The notes under the pieces were generated by a model that saw only the letters and a program-made list of their open reading frames with translations, did no database searches and was not told the DNA's origin. A stretch of DNA of 64,000 nt from Pseudomonadota bacterium (GTDB lineage Bacteria > Bdellovibrionota_F > JAHFAK01 > JBDREC01): contig JBDREC010000004.1 of the NCBI GenBank assembly GCA_043820105.1, forward strand, positions 5,682-69,681. The letters are read 5' to 3'. Positions 48,847-58,258 of the stretch are shown here, one piece after another. Within the stretch, counting starts at the first letter, position 1. Every line of letters begins with the position of its first letter. A program made the position numbers and the translations under genes.

Positions 48847-50016
48847 TACAAGGCAGGGAAAAATAGCCCACGGTAGAGAAAGCCAACACTGACTAATCCT
48901 AACTAGTTAAGCATTCAGCTTGCTGAGCGCTTAATAAAATGTGTCAGTACTATGCTAAGTCAAGTTCTTAAGGGAAGTCAATGCCAGCTGGTAACAGCTA
49001 GTAAATTTTCCGGAGAAAAAATGATCTTTGAGCTTGAGCATATTTGAGTAGCTAGGAATAACGAGGCTAAAAACCTCCCAAAGGATGTTAGCTGTATTAG
49101 GGTCAAACCTATCGCCGTTAACTAGTTGCATTGTTTGTAAAACTCTAAAGGCACGCAAAAGCTACAGTCTGGCAACAGGCGGTAGTTAGAAATGCCATAA
49201 GAGGAGGAAGATTTTAACCGGATCTTCTAAATAGCATTGTAGCGAAAACCTTAAAGGGGAAAAAGCTAAGAAAGCTAAAACCGCTAGAAACAGACTTTTG
49301 TTTGTCAAGGCGGGGAAGCCTCATAATTGGTAAGAGGCCCTGAGGTTCATGAAGCCTCGTGAATTAATCGAGCTTGCTTGATTTTGGAACGAGATGGATA
49401 AGAGCGTGAGGGCATGTTAATAGTGACGAGCTATTAATACTGATTATGCGGAAGTTAAAGCTTTGGAAGCTAAATCCTAAAAGTGTAGCTTGGTTGAAAT
49501 AACACCAAGACGTTTTACTGGGAAAGATTAAACTTCGAAAGGTTAATCAAAACCTATGGAAGCTACAAAAAGCAGCCTCGGATAAGCTGCTTGCACGTTA
49601 GTCCCAGTTTGACAAAAAACGCTATAAGGACGTAAAACCTCGGTGAAAGGTCAAAGAAGCCTAAAAACTTCGAGACAGGTTAGTGCGAACACTCTATAGT
49701 AGAGTCAAAGTTCATAAGAGGATAAGCAGGTGGTCAAACATCTGCAAGACGGTAAACAATTGAAAGCCTGGAAGTTGTTAAAACAACATGTAGGCCGCTA
49801 ATTAACCAGAAAATTAACTAAATTGTTTACATATAAAACTCTAAAGAACCTGATAACTGCACAAGAGGCGTTAATGTAAGACCAAAAGGGTCAAACCTTT
49901 AGGATTATTTTAACTAGCATTTTCCTGGATGATCTTTGGAGAGGAAAACTCTTTCAGGTTATTGGATCCTGCCTTATAAAAAGCCAACTAGCAAATTTTG
50001 CTAGTTGGCTTTTTTA
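48847..50016 (+). ncRNA. Candidate large (about 1.2 kb) structured non-coding RNA of unknown family
   Basis: No ORF of 60 aa or more on the + strand. GC visibly higher than flanking CDS. Recurrent GGTCAAACCT, AAACCUC and GAAGCCUC motifs and many local hairpins. Bounded by the promoter above and a strong terminator. Confidence 0.4.
49982..50016 (+). terminator. Rho-independent terminator
   Basis: agccaactagcaaa/tttgctagttggct is a perfect 13-bp stem followed by TTTTTT. Confidence 0.8.
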
Positions 50017-50224
50017 GTTTGTGCTTTGTGTGAATAGAGTAACTATAATTGTTGTTGGCACAATATTGTCCCAGTTTAAACAAAATAATAGCTTGTAAAA
50101 GTTCTGCAGTGCCTTGATATGATAGCGATAAATACTGTTGAAAAGCCATTGGCATCAAATTTGCAATTGTCTAAAAAAGTGGCTATTATAGCTTGTTTAT
50201 TTAACTTAATTTATGGAGTATATT

Positions 50225-50788
50225 ATGAGGCACTTATTTTTATTTTTTATCATGATTAATCTTTTTAGCTATTTGTATGCAGGTGAAAATTTAGATTTTC
50301 CCTTGCTTGGGATGAATGTCAAATGCGTTCAATCAACCGGTTCCACGGATACTGATTCTTTTGTTACTTACGAGGATCAGGTAATTACTTCAGAAACAAG
50401 TTCTACTATGATGCAGAGAAGCTTTTCATTTGATGATTCGTATTTTGTTTTATCGCTAAATAAATCAGGCCAGATATTATCAGGCGCTGATAATAGTTTT
50501 TTAGGATTTTCATACTATTTGACTCTTTCCAGGGTATATAATGAATTTTCTTTAGATGAACCAAAGGTAAAAGGCAAAACAACTGCCTTGGTTAATTTTA
50601 TTGTAAATAAAGATGGTTCTATAAGAGGTCATTATCATGAGTCATTTGACATTCCAAGTGATCCATTAAGCACATATCGAGATGGAGTTGCTCCTTATAT
50701 CGGCTTTAGATATTTTGTAAAACAATCTGCAGTAAATTGGCAGGAGATTATCTTGTCATGTTCTTTAGAAAACGTTTCTGTGTATTAA
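50225..50788 (+). CDS. Secreted hypothetical protein
   Basis: Signal peptide MRHLFLFFIMINLFSYLYAGEN. GGAG RBS before ATG 50225. Confidence 0.5.
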   Translation: MRHLFLFFIMINLFSYLYAGENLDFPLLGMNVKCVQSTGSTDTDSFVTYEDQVITSETSSTMMQRSFSFDDSYFVLSLNKSGQILSGADNSFLGFSYYLTLSRVYNEFSLDEPKVKGKTTALVNFIVNKDGSIRGHYHESFDIPSDPLSTYRDGVAPYIGFRYFVKQSAVNWQEIILSCSLENVSVY

Positions 50789-50855
50789 AAAATAATTGAA
50801 TTTTACAAAAAGTAGTGTTACCTGAAGTTTTATGCAATTTCTTTAGGTAAAATAG

Positions 50856-52568
50856 ATGAGAACCCTCCAAAATTTAGATTTTGTCATAATCATAGCATAT
50901 ATTGTAATATCTCTGGCTTTTGGCTTAATTTACACTAAAAAAGCATCAAAATCTGTTGAGAATTTTTTTTTATCAGGGAGATCTTTGCCTTGGTGGTTAA
51001 TTGGTATATCAATGGCAGCTACAAACTTTGCAATTGATACACCACTAGTTATTACAAAATTTGTTTATAAAGAAGGCATAGCCGGTGTTTGGTTTTTCTG
51101 GGCTTTTGGTATAACTTATGTTTTAATGACCTTTTTGTTTTCTAAACTATGGAGAAGAGCAGAAGTTTTAACTGACGCTGAAATAATTGAACGAAGATAC
51201 AGCGGCAAATCAGCCAAAGGTTTAAGGCTTTTTAAAGGATTTTATTTTGGAGTTTTGGTCAATTGCTTTGTAATGGGTTGGGTTTTCAGGGCTCTTATTA
51301 AAATTATGACAGGTGTAACAGATCTTGATACTACTACTATTCTTGTAGTTTTTACGACTATTGCTTTTATTTATACTGTTGCCTCTGGTTTTTACGGTGT
51401 TGTTATTACTGACTTTGCTCAATATATTGTCGCTTTTTTAGGGGCAATTTTGCTTGCGGTTTTAGCTGTGAACGAAGTTGGAGGAATTTCTGTTTTACTT
51501 GCTAAGCTTGAAACCCTTCATGCAGGCAAAGGGATCACAAACTTTTTTCCACGCATTGGTTCTGAATCACAGCTAATGCCATTTTCTGTTTTTCTGATGT
51601 ATATTATGGTTCAGTGGTGGGCTTATAAATATTCTGATGGTGGAGGAAAACATATTCAAAGAATTTCAGCAGCTAAAAATGAAAAGCACGCAGTAGCAGG
51701 TTCTTTTTTATTTACAATTTTATTTTATGGAATCCAAACCTGGCCATGGATCATTACAGCTCTTTGTTCAGTTGTTGTATTTGGTGAAGTCGCTGATCCT
51801 GAAATGACTTATCCAATGATGATGGCTAAAGTGCTTCCTGTTGGTATTCTGGGGCTTGTGGTTGTTGCCTTGCTTGGGGCTTTTATGTCAACAATTGATA
51901 CACATTTAAATCTAGGCGGCTCATATATTATAAATGATATTTACAGAAGGTTTATTAATAAAAACGCTAGCGAAAAACATTATGTTTTTATGTCTAGAAT
52001 TATGATGCTGGTAATACTTATACTTTCTGTTTGTATTGCTTTAATTATGGATTCAGTTACTTCTGCCTGGAAATTTATTATGGCCTTTTCTTCAGGAGCT
52101 GCTGTAACCTGGATTTTAAGGTGGTTTTGGTGGAGGCTTAATGCCTGGACAGAGATTTCAGCAATGCTTGCCTCTGGAATAGTTACAACACTTTTACAAT
52201 ACCAGTTTCCAGACATGGTTTTTTCTTTAAGAATAATGCTCATTATATCAATTTCAACCGTGATTTGGCTTGTTGTTACTTTTCTCACAAAGCCAGTAGA
52301 TGAAAAGGTTTTGCTTGAGTTTGTCAAAAAAGTTGGCCCTGGATCTCCTGGTTGGAGATATATTTACAAAAAATATAATGTTGAAACTTCTATGTATTTT
52401 GGAAGGGCAGTTGTTAATTTCTTTTTGGGACTTGTTGTTTTGTTTGGAGTTAATTTTGGTATAGGAAATATATTGTTACAAAGTTATTTGTATGGAATTT
52501 TCTTATTGATAGCTGCTGGGATTTCGTTTTTAATAATTTTGAAAAGACTAAAACAAGATAATGTGTAG
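50856..52568 (+). CDS. Sodium:solute symporter (SSS) family transporter
   Basis: N-terminal SSS pattern FFLSGRSLPWWLIGISMAATNFAIDTPL. About 13 TM. Confidence 0.7.
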   Translation: MRTLQNLDFVIIIAYIVISLAFGLIYTKKASKSVENFFLSGRSLPWWLIGISMAATNFAIDTPLVITKFVYKEGIAGVWFFWAFGITYVLMTFLFSKLWRRAEVLTDAEIIERRYSGKSAKGLRLFKGFYFGVLVNCFVMGWVFRALIKIMTGVTDLDTTTILVVFTTIAFIYTVASGFYGVVITDFAQYIVAFLGAILLAVLAVNEVGGISVLLAKLETLHAGKGITNFFPRIGSESQLMPFSVFLMYIMVQWWAYKYSDGGGKHIQRISAAKNEKHAVAGSFLFTILFYGIQTWPWIITALCSVVVFGEVADPEMTYPMMMAKVLPVGILGLVVVALLGAFMSTIDTHLNLGGSYIINDIYRRFINKNASEKHYVFMSRIMMLVILILSVCIALIMDSVTSAWKFIMAFSSGAAVTWILRWFWWRLNAWTEISAMLASGIVTTLLQYQFPDMVFSLRIMLIISISTVIWLVVTFLTKPVDEKVLLEFVKKVGPGSPGWRYIYKKYNVETSMYFGRAVVNFFLGLVVLFGVNFGIGNILLQSYLYGIFLLIAAGISFLIILKRLKQDNV

Positions 52569-52570
52569 TG

Positions 52571-52684
52571 GAGGGGCTTGTTTTCCCCCTAACATTAATT
52601 ATTATTTATTAATTGTTAATTATTAATTATTCAATGCTCTTCAAATAACCAATAATTAATAAATAATAATTAACAATTAATGTT
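52571..52684. repeat. Intergenic element: GAGGGG...CCCCT hairpin plus an approximately 95-bp AT-rich imperfect inverted repeat containing ATTAATTATTATTTATTAATT
   Basis: Directly visible. The arms aacattaattattatttattaattgttaatt and ccaataattaataaataataattaacaattaatgtt are near reverse complements. Confidence 0.7.
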
Positions 52685-52704
52685 AAGAGAAAGAAAATTG
52701 AACT

Positions 52705-53178
52705 ATGAAGATAGATATTTTACTTCCATTTAAAATAAAAAAGAGTTTTGTTAAAGAAGGAAGCCAGGAATACTTAAAAAGAATAAAAAGATATTCAAAT
52801 GTAAATGTGGTTAATATAAAAGAGGAAGCGAAAAAGAATGTTGTTGATCCTTCCCTAATAATGGAAAAAGAGGCCACACGAATAAATGAAAAATTAAGAA
52901 AGAGTTCTTTTACTATTTGTTTGTCAGAAAATGGAAAGAGAGTTGATATAAATAAACTTGAAAAGATAATTAGAGATAAACAAATATCCGGCAATCCAGA
53001 TTTTTCCTTTGTTATTGGCTCTGCCTTTGGACTTGATAAAGAGCTTCAAAAAAACGCGCACTTAAATCTTTCAATTTCAGAATTTACACTTTCCCATGAA
53101 ATGGCATTCTTGGTGTTGACAGAACTTTTATACAGAGTATTTGCAAAGATGAATAATGAGCCTTTTTCCAGGTATTGA
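52705..53178 (+). CDS. rlmH: 23S rRNA (pseudouridine1915-N3)-methyltransferase RlmH (SPOUT)
   Basis: 157 aa. IGSAFGLDKEL and LSISEFTLSHEMAFLVLTELLYRVFA...NEPFSRY align with E. coli RlmH IGGPEGL...[22 protein letters not shown]...NHPYHR. Confidence 0.75.
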   Translation: MKIDILLPFKIKKSFVKEGSQEYLKRIKRYSNVNVVNIKEEAKKNVVDPSLIMEKEATRINEKLRKSSFTICLSENGKRVDINKLEKIIRDKQISGNPDFSFVIGSAFGLDKELQKNAHLNLSISEFTLSHEMAFLVLTELLYRVFAKMNNEPFSRY

Positions 53179-53310
53179 TATCTAAATATGGCTTTTTTAA
53201 ATTTAAAGAGCGTTGAATATTTCCATAATAATGATTTTTGTGGACTAAATTAGATTTATCTGAGATAAGTAAAATCAATAAATGTTATACATTTTTAAAA
53301 TAACATAAAT

Positions 53311-54723
53311 ATGGTCGAAAAAAATAAAAAAATAATTTCTAAATCTGATCCCAGATTAAGCCAATTTATCGATTCTGCTACTGACTGTTTTACTCTTTGG
53401 GATGCTAATTTTGATCTAATAATGATCAATAAAACAGGTCAAAAGATGTTCAATCTCAAAAAAGAAGATATTTTGGGAAAAAATATGCTAGAGCTGGTTC
53501 CAAACGTGAAAGAAACAGGAAGATATTTTAAACACAAAAAAGTAATGGAAACAGGCAAGCCTTTTTATGAATCAAACTTTGTGCCACATTCTAGTTTTGG
53601 AGATAAGCATCTTGATGTAAGATCATTTAGAGCAGGGGATATGCTTGGAATGATTACCACAGACATAACTAAACGAATTGAAACTTTAGAAGCCCTGCAT
53701 GCACAGGAGAAAAATTTCAAGGATTTGGCAGAAAACGCTGGAGTTGGTATTTTAATAGCAGTAGATACAGGGACACATGTTTATGCAAATAAATGTGCTT
53801 CTAAAATAACAGGCTATTCTATTAAAGAGCTTTTAAAAATTGGAGTTTCAGGACTTATCAATAAAAAAGATCAAAAAAAGATTTTAGCTTATACTGACAA
53901 AAGAATACAAAACAAACCAGTTATAAAAAGCTATGAAACTGTATTTATAAGAAAGGATAAAACTAAAATAATCGTTGAAATTGAAGCTGCAAGAACCTTT
54001 TGGAAGTCACAAGCAGCAAGTATGGCCATTTTTAAAGACATTACGAATCGTAAAAACTTGGAAAAAAAGATTTTTGAAATGTCTAAAAAGCTAATTATAA
54101 ATCAAGAAAATGAAAGAAAGAGAATCTCTCGTGAAATTCATGATGATCTAGCTCAATCTTTGGTTGCTCTTAAGCTTAGTATGCAATGTGATAATTTAGA
54201 AAGCATGTCAAGAGCAGAGCTCAAAATGAAAAATACTAAAATTATAAAATCAATTAATGATATTATTCAGAAAACTCGTAGTATTGCCGCAATGATAAGA
54301 CCAAGCATTTTGGAAGGACAAGACCTTAATTCAGCAATTGAAAATATTATTTCAGAATACTCTGAAAAGTTTCAAATTAAGATTAAGCTTTCAATTGATA
54401 ATCTTAAGAAACTTGTAGATTCTGATTTAAAGATTAATATTTTAAGAATCGTTCAAGAAGCATTAATGAATATTGCAAAGCATGCAAATGCCAGCACAGT
54501 AAATATTTCAATTGAAAAGAATCAAGACTATCTTTATTTGAAAATAAAAGATAATGGCATTGGGTTTAACACGGAACTTAGAAATGGAGATAAAAAAGGA
54601 ATAGGTATTAATATTATCAAAGAAAGGGTAGAGCTTTTGCATGGTACAATTCAAATAAAATCTACTATTAATAAGGGAGCAAGCTTAAATGTAAAGGTGC
54701 CATTAAAAAACAATACTTCCTAG
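53311..54723 (+). CDS. Cytoplasmic PAS-domain sensor histidine kinase, HisKA_3 (NarL-partner) type
   Basis: Two PAS-like regions. H-box ERKRISREIHDDLAQSLVAL. HATPase_c motifs (NASTVNISI...DNGIGF). Confidence 0.75.
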   Translation: MVEKNKKIISKSDPRLSQFIDSATDCFTLWDANFDLIMINKTGQKMFNLKKEDILGKNMLELVPNVKETGRYFKHKKVMETGKPFYESNFVPHSSFGDKHLDVRSFRAGDMLGMITTDITKRIETLEALHAQEKNFKDLAENAGVGILIAVDTGTHVYANKCASKITGYSIKELLKIGVSGLINKKDQKKILAYTDKRIQNKPVIKSYETVFIRKDKTKIIVEIEAARTFWKSQAASMAIFKDITNRKNLEKKIFEMSKKLIINQENERKRISREIHDDLAQSLVALKLSMQCDNLESMSRAELKMKNTKIIKSINDIIQKTRSIAAMIRPSILEGQDLNSAIENIISEYSEKFQIKIKLSIDNLKKLVDSDLKINILRIVQEALMNIAKHANASTVNISIEKNQDYLYLKIKDNGIGFNTELRNGDKKGIGINIIKERVELLHGTIQIKSTINKGASLNVKVPLKNNTS

Positions 54724-54791
54724 TGAGCTATTTTTTTCTTTCAATTTAATAATTCTTGTGATAGGAAGCACAGCGTCATAAATAAATCGGA

Positions 54792-55598
54792 GTGTTTGCT
54801 TTGGATTTTAAAGATAAATCAATAATTGCAATGATTCATGTTCCTGCTTTGCCTGGAACTCCTAAAAATTCTCATTCTATTGATGAAATTGTTGCTATTT
54901 GCCTTGAGGAAGCTTCAGTTTTTGATGCACTTGATATTGAAACAATCATGATTGAAAATATGCACGACCTTCCTTATGAAAAATCAAAGGTTTCACCAGA
55001 AATTACAGCCTCAATGGCAGTTGTTGCCAGAGAACTTAAAAATAAATTTACTGATAAAAAATTTGGAATACAAATCCTTGCTGGTGCTAATAAAGAAGCT
55101 TTGGCTGTTGCCCAGGCTGCAGATTTTAATTTTATTAGAGCTGAAGGCTTTGTATTTGGGCACCTTGCTGATGAAGGATATATTGATTCTTGTGCTTCAG
55201 AATTAATGAGATATAGAAAAAACATTCGCGCTGAAAGTATAAAAATATTAACTGACATTAAGAAAAAGCATAGCTCTCACTCGATTACAGCTGATCTTGA
55301 CATAAGTGAAGTTGCAAAGGCTGCTCAGTTTTTTCTTTCTGACGCTGTAATAATAACAGGATCTCACACTGGTTGTGAGCCTTCTTTAGAAGAGATTAAA
55401 AAAGTTAAGCAAAATTTGGATATTCCAGTGATTCTTGGATCCGGCTTAACAGAAGATAATATAGAAAAATATTATTATGAAGCCGATGCCTTTATTGTTG
55501 GGTCTTTTTTTAAAGAGGATGGGATTTGGAGTAATGGTTTAGATAAGAAAAGAATAGAAGGGTTTCTGAGTAAAGTTAGAATGTTGAAAGGCTTTTAA
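54792..55598 (+). CDS. BtpA/SgcQ-family TIM-barrel protein
   Basis: IAMIHVPALPGTP...IMIENMHDLPYEKSKVSPE...LMRYRKNI follows the BtpA pattern IGxIHLxPLPGSP...ENxxDxPF...RYR. Confidence 0.6.
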   Translation: MFALDFKDKSIIAMIHVPALPGTPKNSHSIDEIVAICLEEASVFDALDIETIMIENMHDLPYEKSKVSPEITASMAVVARELKNKFTDKKFGIQILAGANKEALAVAQAADFNFIRAEGFVFGHLADEGYIDSCASELMRYRKNIRAESIKILTDIKKKHSSHSITADLDISEVAKAAQFFLSDAVIITGSHTGCEPSLEEIKKVKQNLDIPVILGSGLTEDNIEKYYYEADAFIVGSFFKEDGIWSNGLDKKRIEGFLSKVRMLKGF

Positions 55599-55600
55599 AA

Positions 55601-55672
55601 GTATTCAGTATCTATTAGTCAGTATTTAGTGGTTTTTTTCTGAATACTGAATACCGAATACTAAATACCAAA
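55601..55672. repeat. Inverted heptamer arrays (GTATTCA-like)x4 ... T7 ... (TGAATAC/CGAATAC/TAAATAC)x4
   Basis: Directly visible between the BtpA stop codon and the psuK RBS. Same family as 19081-19146 and 28824-28851. Confidence 0.85.
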
Positions 55673-55694
55673 ATTCACAATAAGGAATTTTAAA

Positions 55695-56561
55695 ATGCAA
55701 TATAGCAATGGTACTATTTATATATTTGGTGCAATTATTCTAGATCTTATTGTTAAAAAAGATAAGTTCATTCCCAATACATCAAATATTAGCAAAATTG
55801 ATATGTCCTTAGGTGGCGTTGGATATAATATATTTAGAGGAATTTCTTATCCAAACAAGAAAATGGTGACAATGCTTGGCGAAGATTTTGTTAATGATTA
55901 CATTTTAAAAAATATGAATCCTGAAAATGTGATTTATAAGACCATTCCCAACATTCCTAATAGTAAATATATCGCCTTTATGGAATCAGGAGAACTTTTA
56001 TTATCTACAACTGGCTTAGAAGAACCAGTAGATTTTTTTGATGAATACTTTATTGATCATTGTTTAGAGCATCTTACAAACAAGGATATGGTAATTATAG
56101 ATTCTAATTTGCAACCAGATATTTTAAAACATATTATTGATAAATGCTCTTGGGCTGGAGCCAGAGTTGTTTTTGAAACTGTTTGCGTTGAAAAAGCTCA
56201 GCGTTCAAAGGATGTTGTGCGAGATGCTTTTTTAATAACGCCAACTATTGAAGAGCTTGAAGCAATTACTGCTTATAATTGTGACAATGATGTTTTAGAT
56301 TTTATGCATAGACGAAATATTGAAAATACTGTGCTTACTCTTGGAAAACAAGGAATAAAATGGTTTCGTGGAGGAGATAAAAATTCCATTGAGTCAATTC
56401 AACCTCATAGAGTTTTAAATGTTGATAATACAAATGGTGCAGGAGACAAGCTGCTTGCAACCTTAATAGATAATCTTTATAGAGGTCAAGAAATTGAAAA
56501 AGCAATAGATTATGCTCTTTATGCTGTTGAAGAGCTTCTAATGAGCAGAGTTAAGAAATGA
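55695..56561 (+). CDS. psuK: PfkB-family carbohydrate kinase, probable pseudouridine kinase
   Basis: NTNGAGDKLLATLI (PfkB GAGD motif). Overlaps and precedes psuG, as in yeiC-yeiN. Confidence 0.6.
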   Translation: MQYSNGTIYIFGAIILDLIVKKDKFIPNTSNISKIDMSLGGVGYNIFRGISYPNKKMVTMLGEDFVNDYILKNMNPENVIYKTIPNIPNSKYIAFMESGELLLSTTGLEEPVDFFDEYFIDHCLEHLTNKDMVIIDSNLQPDILKHIIDKCSWAGARVVFETVCVEKAQRSKDVVRDAFLITPTIEELEAITAYNCDNDVLDFMHRRNIENTVLTLGKQGIKWFRGGDKNSIESIQPHRVLNVDNTNGAGDKLLATLIDNLYRGQEIEKAIDYALYAVEELLMSRVKK

Positions 56562-57478
56562 ATCTAAGCGAATTCCTTTATATTAACCCTAAAATAAAAG
56601 ATGCCATTCAAAATAATAAACCTGTAGTGGCTTTGGAATCAACAATTATAGCCCATGGAATGCCGTATCCTCAAAATCTTGAAACAGCTTTAATGCTTGA
56701 ATCTATAATTAAAGACACAGGATGTGTGCCTGCAACGATTGCTATCTTAGATGGCAGGATAGTTGTAGGTCTTTCTTTAGAAGAAGTTGAGAAAATTGCT
56801 CAAGGAAAAGACATTTTAAAGGTTTCAGCTGCTGATATTTCCTATGTTTTAGGAAAGGATTTGAGCGGAGCAACAACTGCTGGAGCAACAATGAAACTTG
56901 CTTGCTTAGCAGGAATAAGGGTTTTTGCAACAGGCGGAATAGGTGGAGTTCATAGGGGTGTTGAAAATACTTTTGATATTTCATCTGATTTGAAAACCAT
57001 CTCTGAAACTCCGATTATTACAGTTTCAGCTGGTGCGAAGGCCATTTTAGATCTTCCTAAAACCTTAGAACACTTAGAGACTTTGAATGTTTTAGTCCTG
57101 GGCTATCAAACAAATGAGTTTCCTGCTTTTTATTCAAGAGAGTCTGGCTTAAAATTAAATCACAGTGTAATTAAGGCATCTGAAATCGCTTCAATTTTTT
57201 CAGCCCAAAAAGCGATTAATGAAAATAGTGGAATCTTAGTAGCTAATCCAATTCCAGAAGAATTTGAAATTAAGGCAGAGCTTATTAATTCTGTTATTGA
57301 TAAGGCTATTTTAGAGGCAAAGAATCAAGGTGTTTCAGGAAAAGAACTAACTCCATTTTTACTAAAATATATTAAAGATAAAACAAGTGGTGAATCTTTA
57401 AAAGCGAATATTGAGCTTGTTAAGAATAATGTTAAGCTTGCTTGTGAAATCGCAAAGTTGCTGGTTGCTGGTTGCTAG
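56558..57478 (+). CDS. psuG: Pseudouridine-5'-phosphate glycosidase
   Basis: VVALESTIIAHGMPYPQN...VFATGGIGGVHRG is characteristic of PsuG/YeiN (IndA family). Confidence 0.8.
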   Translation: MNLSEFLYINPKIKDAIQNNKPVVALESTIIAHGMPYPQNLETALMLESIIKDTGCVPATIAILDGRIVVGLSLEEVEKIAQGKDILKVSAADISYVLGKDLSGATTAGATMKLACLAGIRVFATGGIGGVHRGVENTFDISSDLKTISETPIITVSAGAKAILDLPKTLEHLETLNVLVLGYQTNEFPAFYSRESGLKLNHSVIKASEIASIFSAQKAINENSGILVANPIPEEFEIKAELINSVIDKAILEAKNQGVSGKELTPFLLKYIKDKTSGESLKANIELVKNNVKLACEIAKLLVAGC

Positions 57479-57487
57479 TTGCTGGTA
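57457..57487. repeat. Tandem heptamer array (GTTGCTG)x4 overlapping the psuG 3' end
   Basis: gttgctg gttgctg gttgcta gttgctg. It encodes the C-terminal LLVAGC and contains the TAG stop. Confidence 0.8.
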
Positions 57488-57506
57488 TTATATCTGTCTT
57501 CTGAGT

Positions 57507-57541
57507 TCTTAACTCTTAAATCTTAAATCCTAATCCAATCC
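57507..57541. repeat. Tandem heptamer array (ATCTTAA)x5, degenerate
   Basis: Directly visible. Overlaps the 3' end of the minus-strand gene 57530-58258. Confidence 0.75.
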
Positions 57542-58258
57542 GCTATCGTCTTCTTCGATCTCTACTTCTTCTTCTTCTTCTTCTTCTTCTATTTCCCTAC
57601 TCATTTCATCTGCAATAGCGATCAACGCCATTCCACCAATAGTTGATAAATGGCTATATCCAGGTTCTTTGCCAAGCTCCATAAGAAAAACAGGTCCAAA
57701 AAGTTCAGTGAATATTTTCCCATTTTCAATATCTAGTTTGGCTGAACTAGCTATCATCTTATTTATAATTTTAACTGTTTGAGCGCTTGCATTTTTAATT
57801 TTTTCTTTATCATTTATTTCAGAAACAACCTGTGAAATGTAGTCTCCTAAGTAAATGCTTAGGGATCCAGGAAAAAGAGAAATAATGGCTAATTGTTCAA
57901 TAGTCTTCATATCAATATTTTCTTTTATCGATGAAAGAATTTCCCGGCAATCAGATCTGACAATTTGAAAAGTGGCCAATAATGCTGGCTGTTTTATAAA
58001 GCAAGTCTTGCCTTCCTGTCTTAGTGTGATACCGCTTAAAGGGTTGATTTCTGCTTCAAGCTTCAAATTTTCAAATTCTACTGATTTGTTCCCTATATTA
58101 ATGCTTATTCCATAATTTTTCTCAAGGATATTATTAAGTAGAAAAATAAATTCAGTATTACCTTCATATGCTTTTATTTGTTCTGCACTGACAACATTGC
58201 CAATAATAAGTGAGATTATTACTATTAGCAGACTAAATTTAATAAATAAATTTTTCAT
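57530..58258 (-). CDS. Secreted hypothetical protein with C-terminal poly-Glu tail
   Basis: Signal peptide. C-terminal EIEEEEEEEEVEIEEDD is encoded by a (CTT)n tract on the + strand. Confidence 0.5.
   Translation of the reverse strand: MKNLFIKFSLLIVIISLIIGNVVSAEQIKAYEGNTEFIFLLNNILEKNYGISINIGNKSVEFENLKLEAEINPLSGITLRQEGKTCFIKQPALLATFQIVRSDCREILSSIKENIDMKTIEQLAIISLFPGSLSIYLGDYISQVVSEINDKEKIKNASAQTVKIINKMIASSAKLDIENGKIFTELFGPVFLMELGKEPGYSHLSTIGGMALIAIADEMSREIEEEEEEEEVEIEEDDSGLD

Noticed and set aside
48600-50016. rRNA fragment, RNase P RNA, tmRNA or group II intron as the identity of the ORF-free segment.
   Set aside because: None of the universally conserved motifs is visible by eye. These include the 16S 5'/3' ends, RNase P P4 GGAGGAAAGUCC-like core, tmRNA tag-reading frame with CCA-end tRNA-like domain, and group II GUGYG 5' end with domain V.
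10747-57541. Heptamer tandem arrays considered as CRISPR arrays.
   Set aside because: Units are 7 bp with no unique spacers and no cas genes. Not CRISPR.
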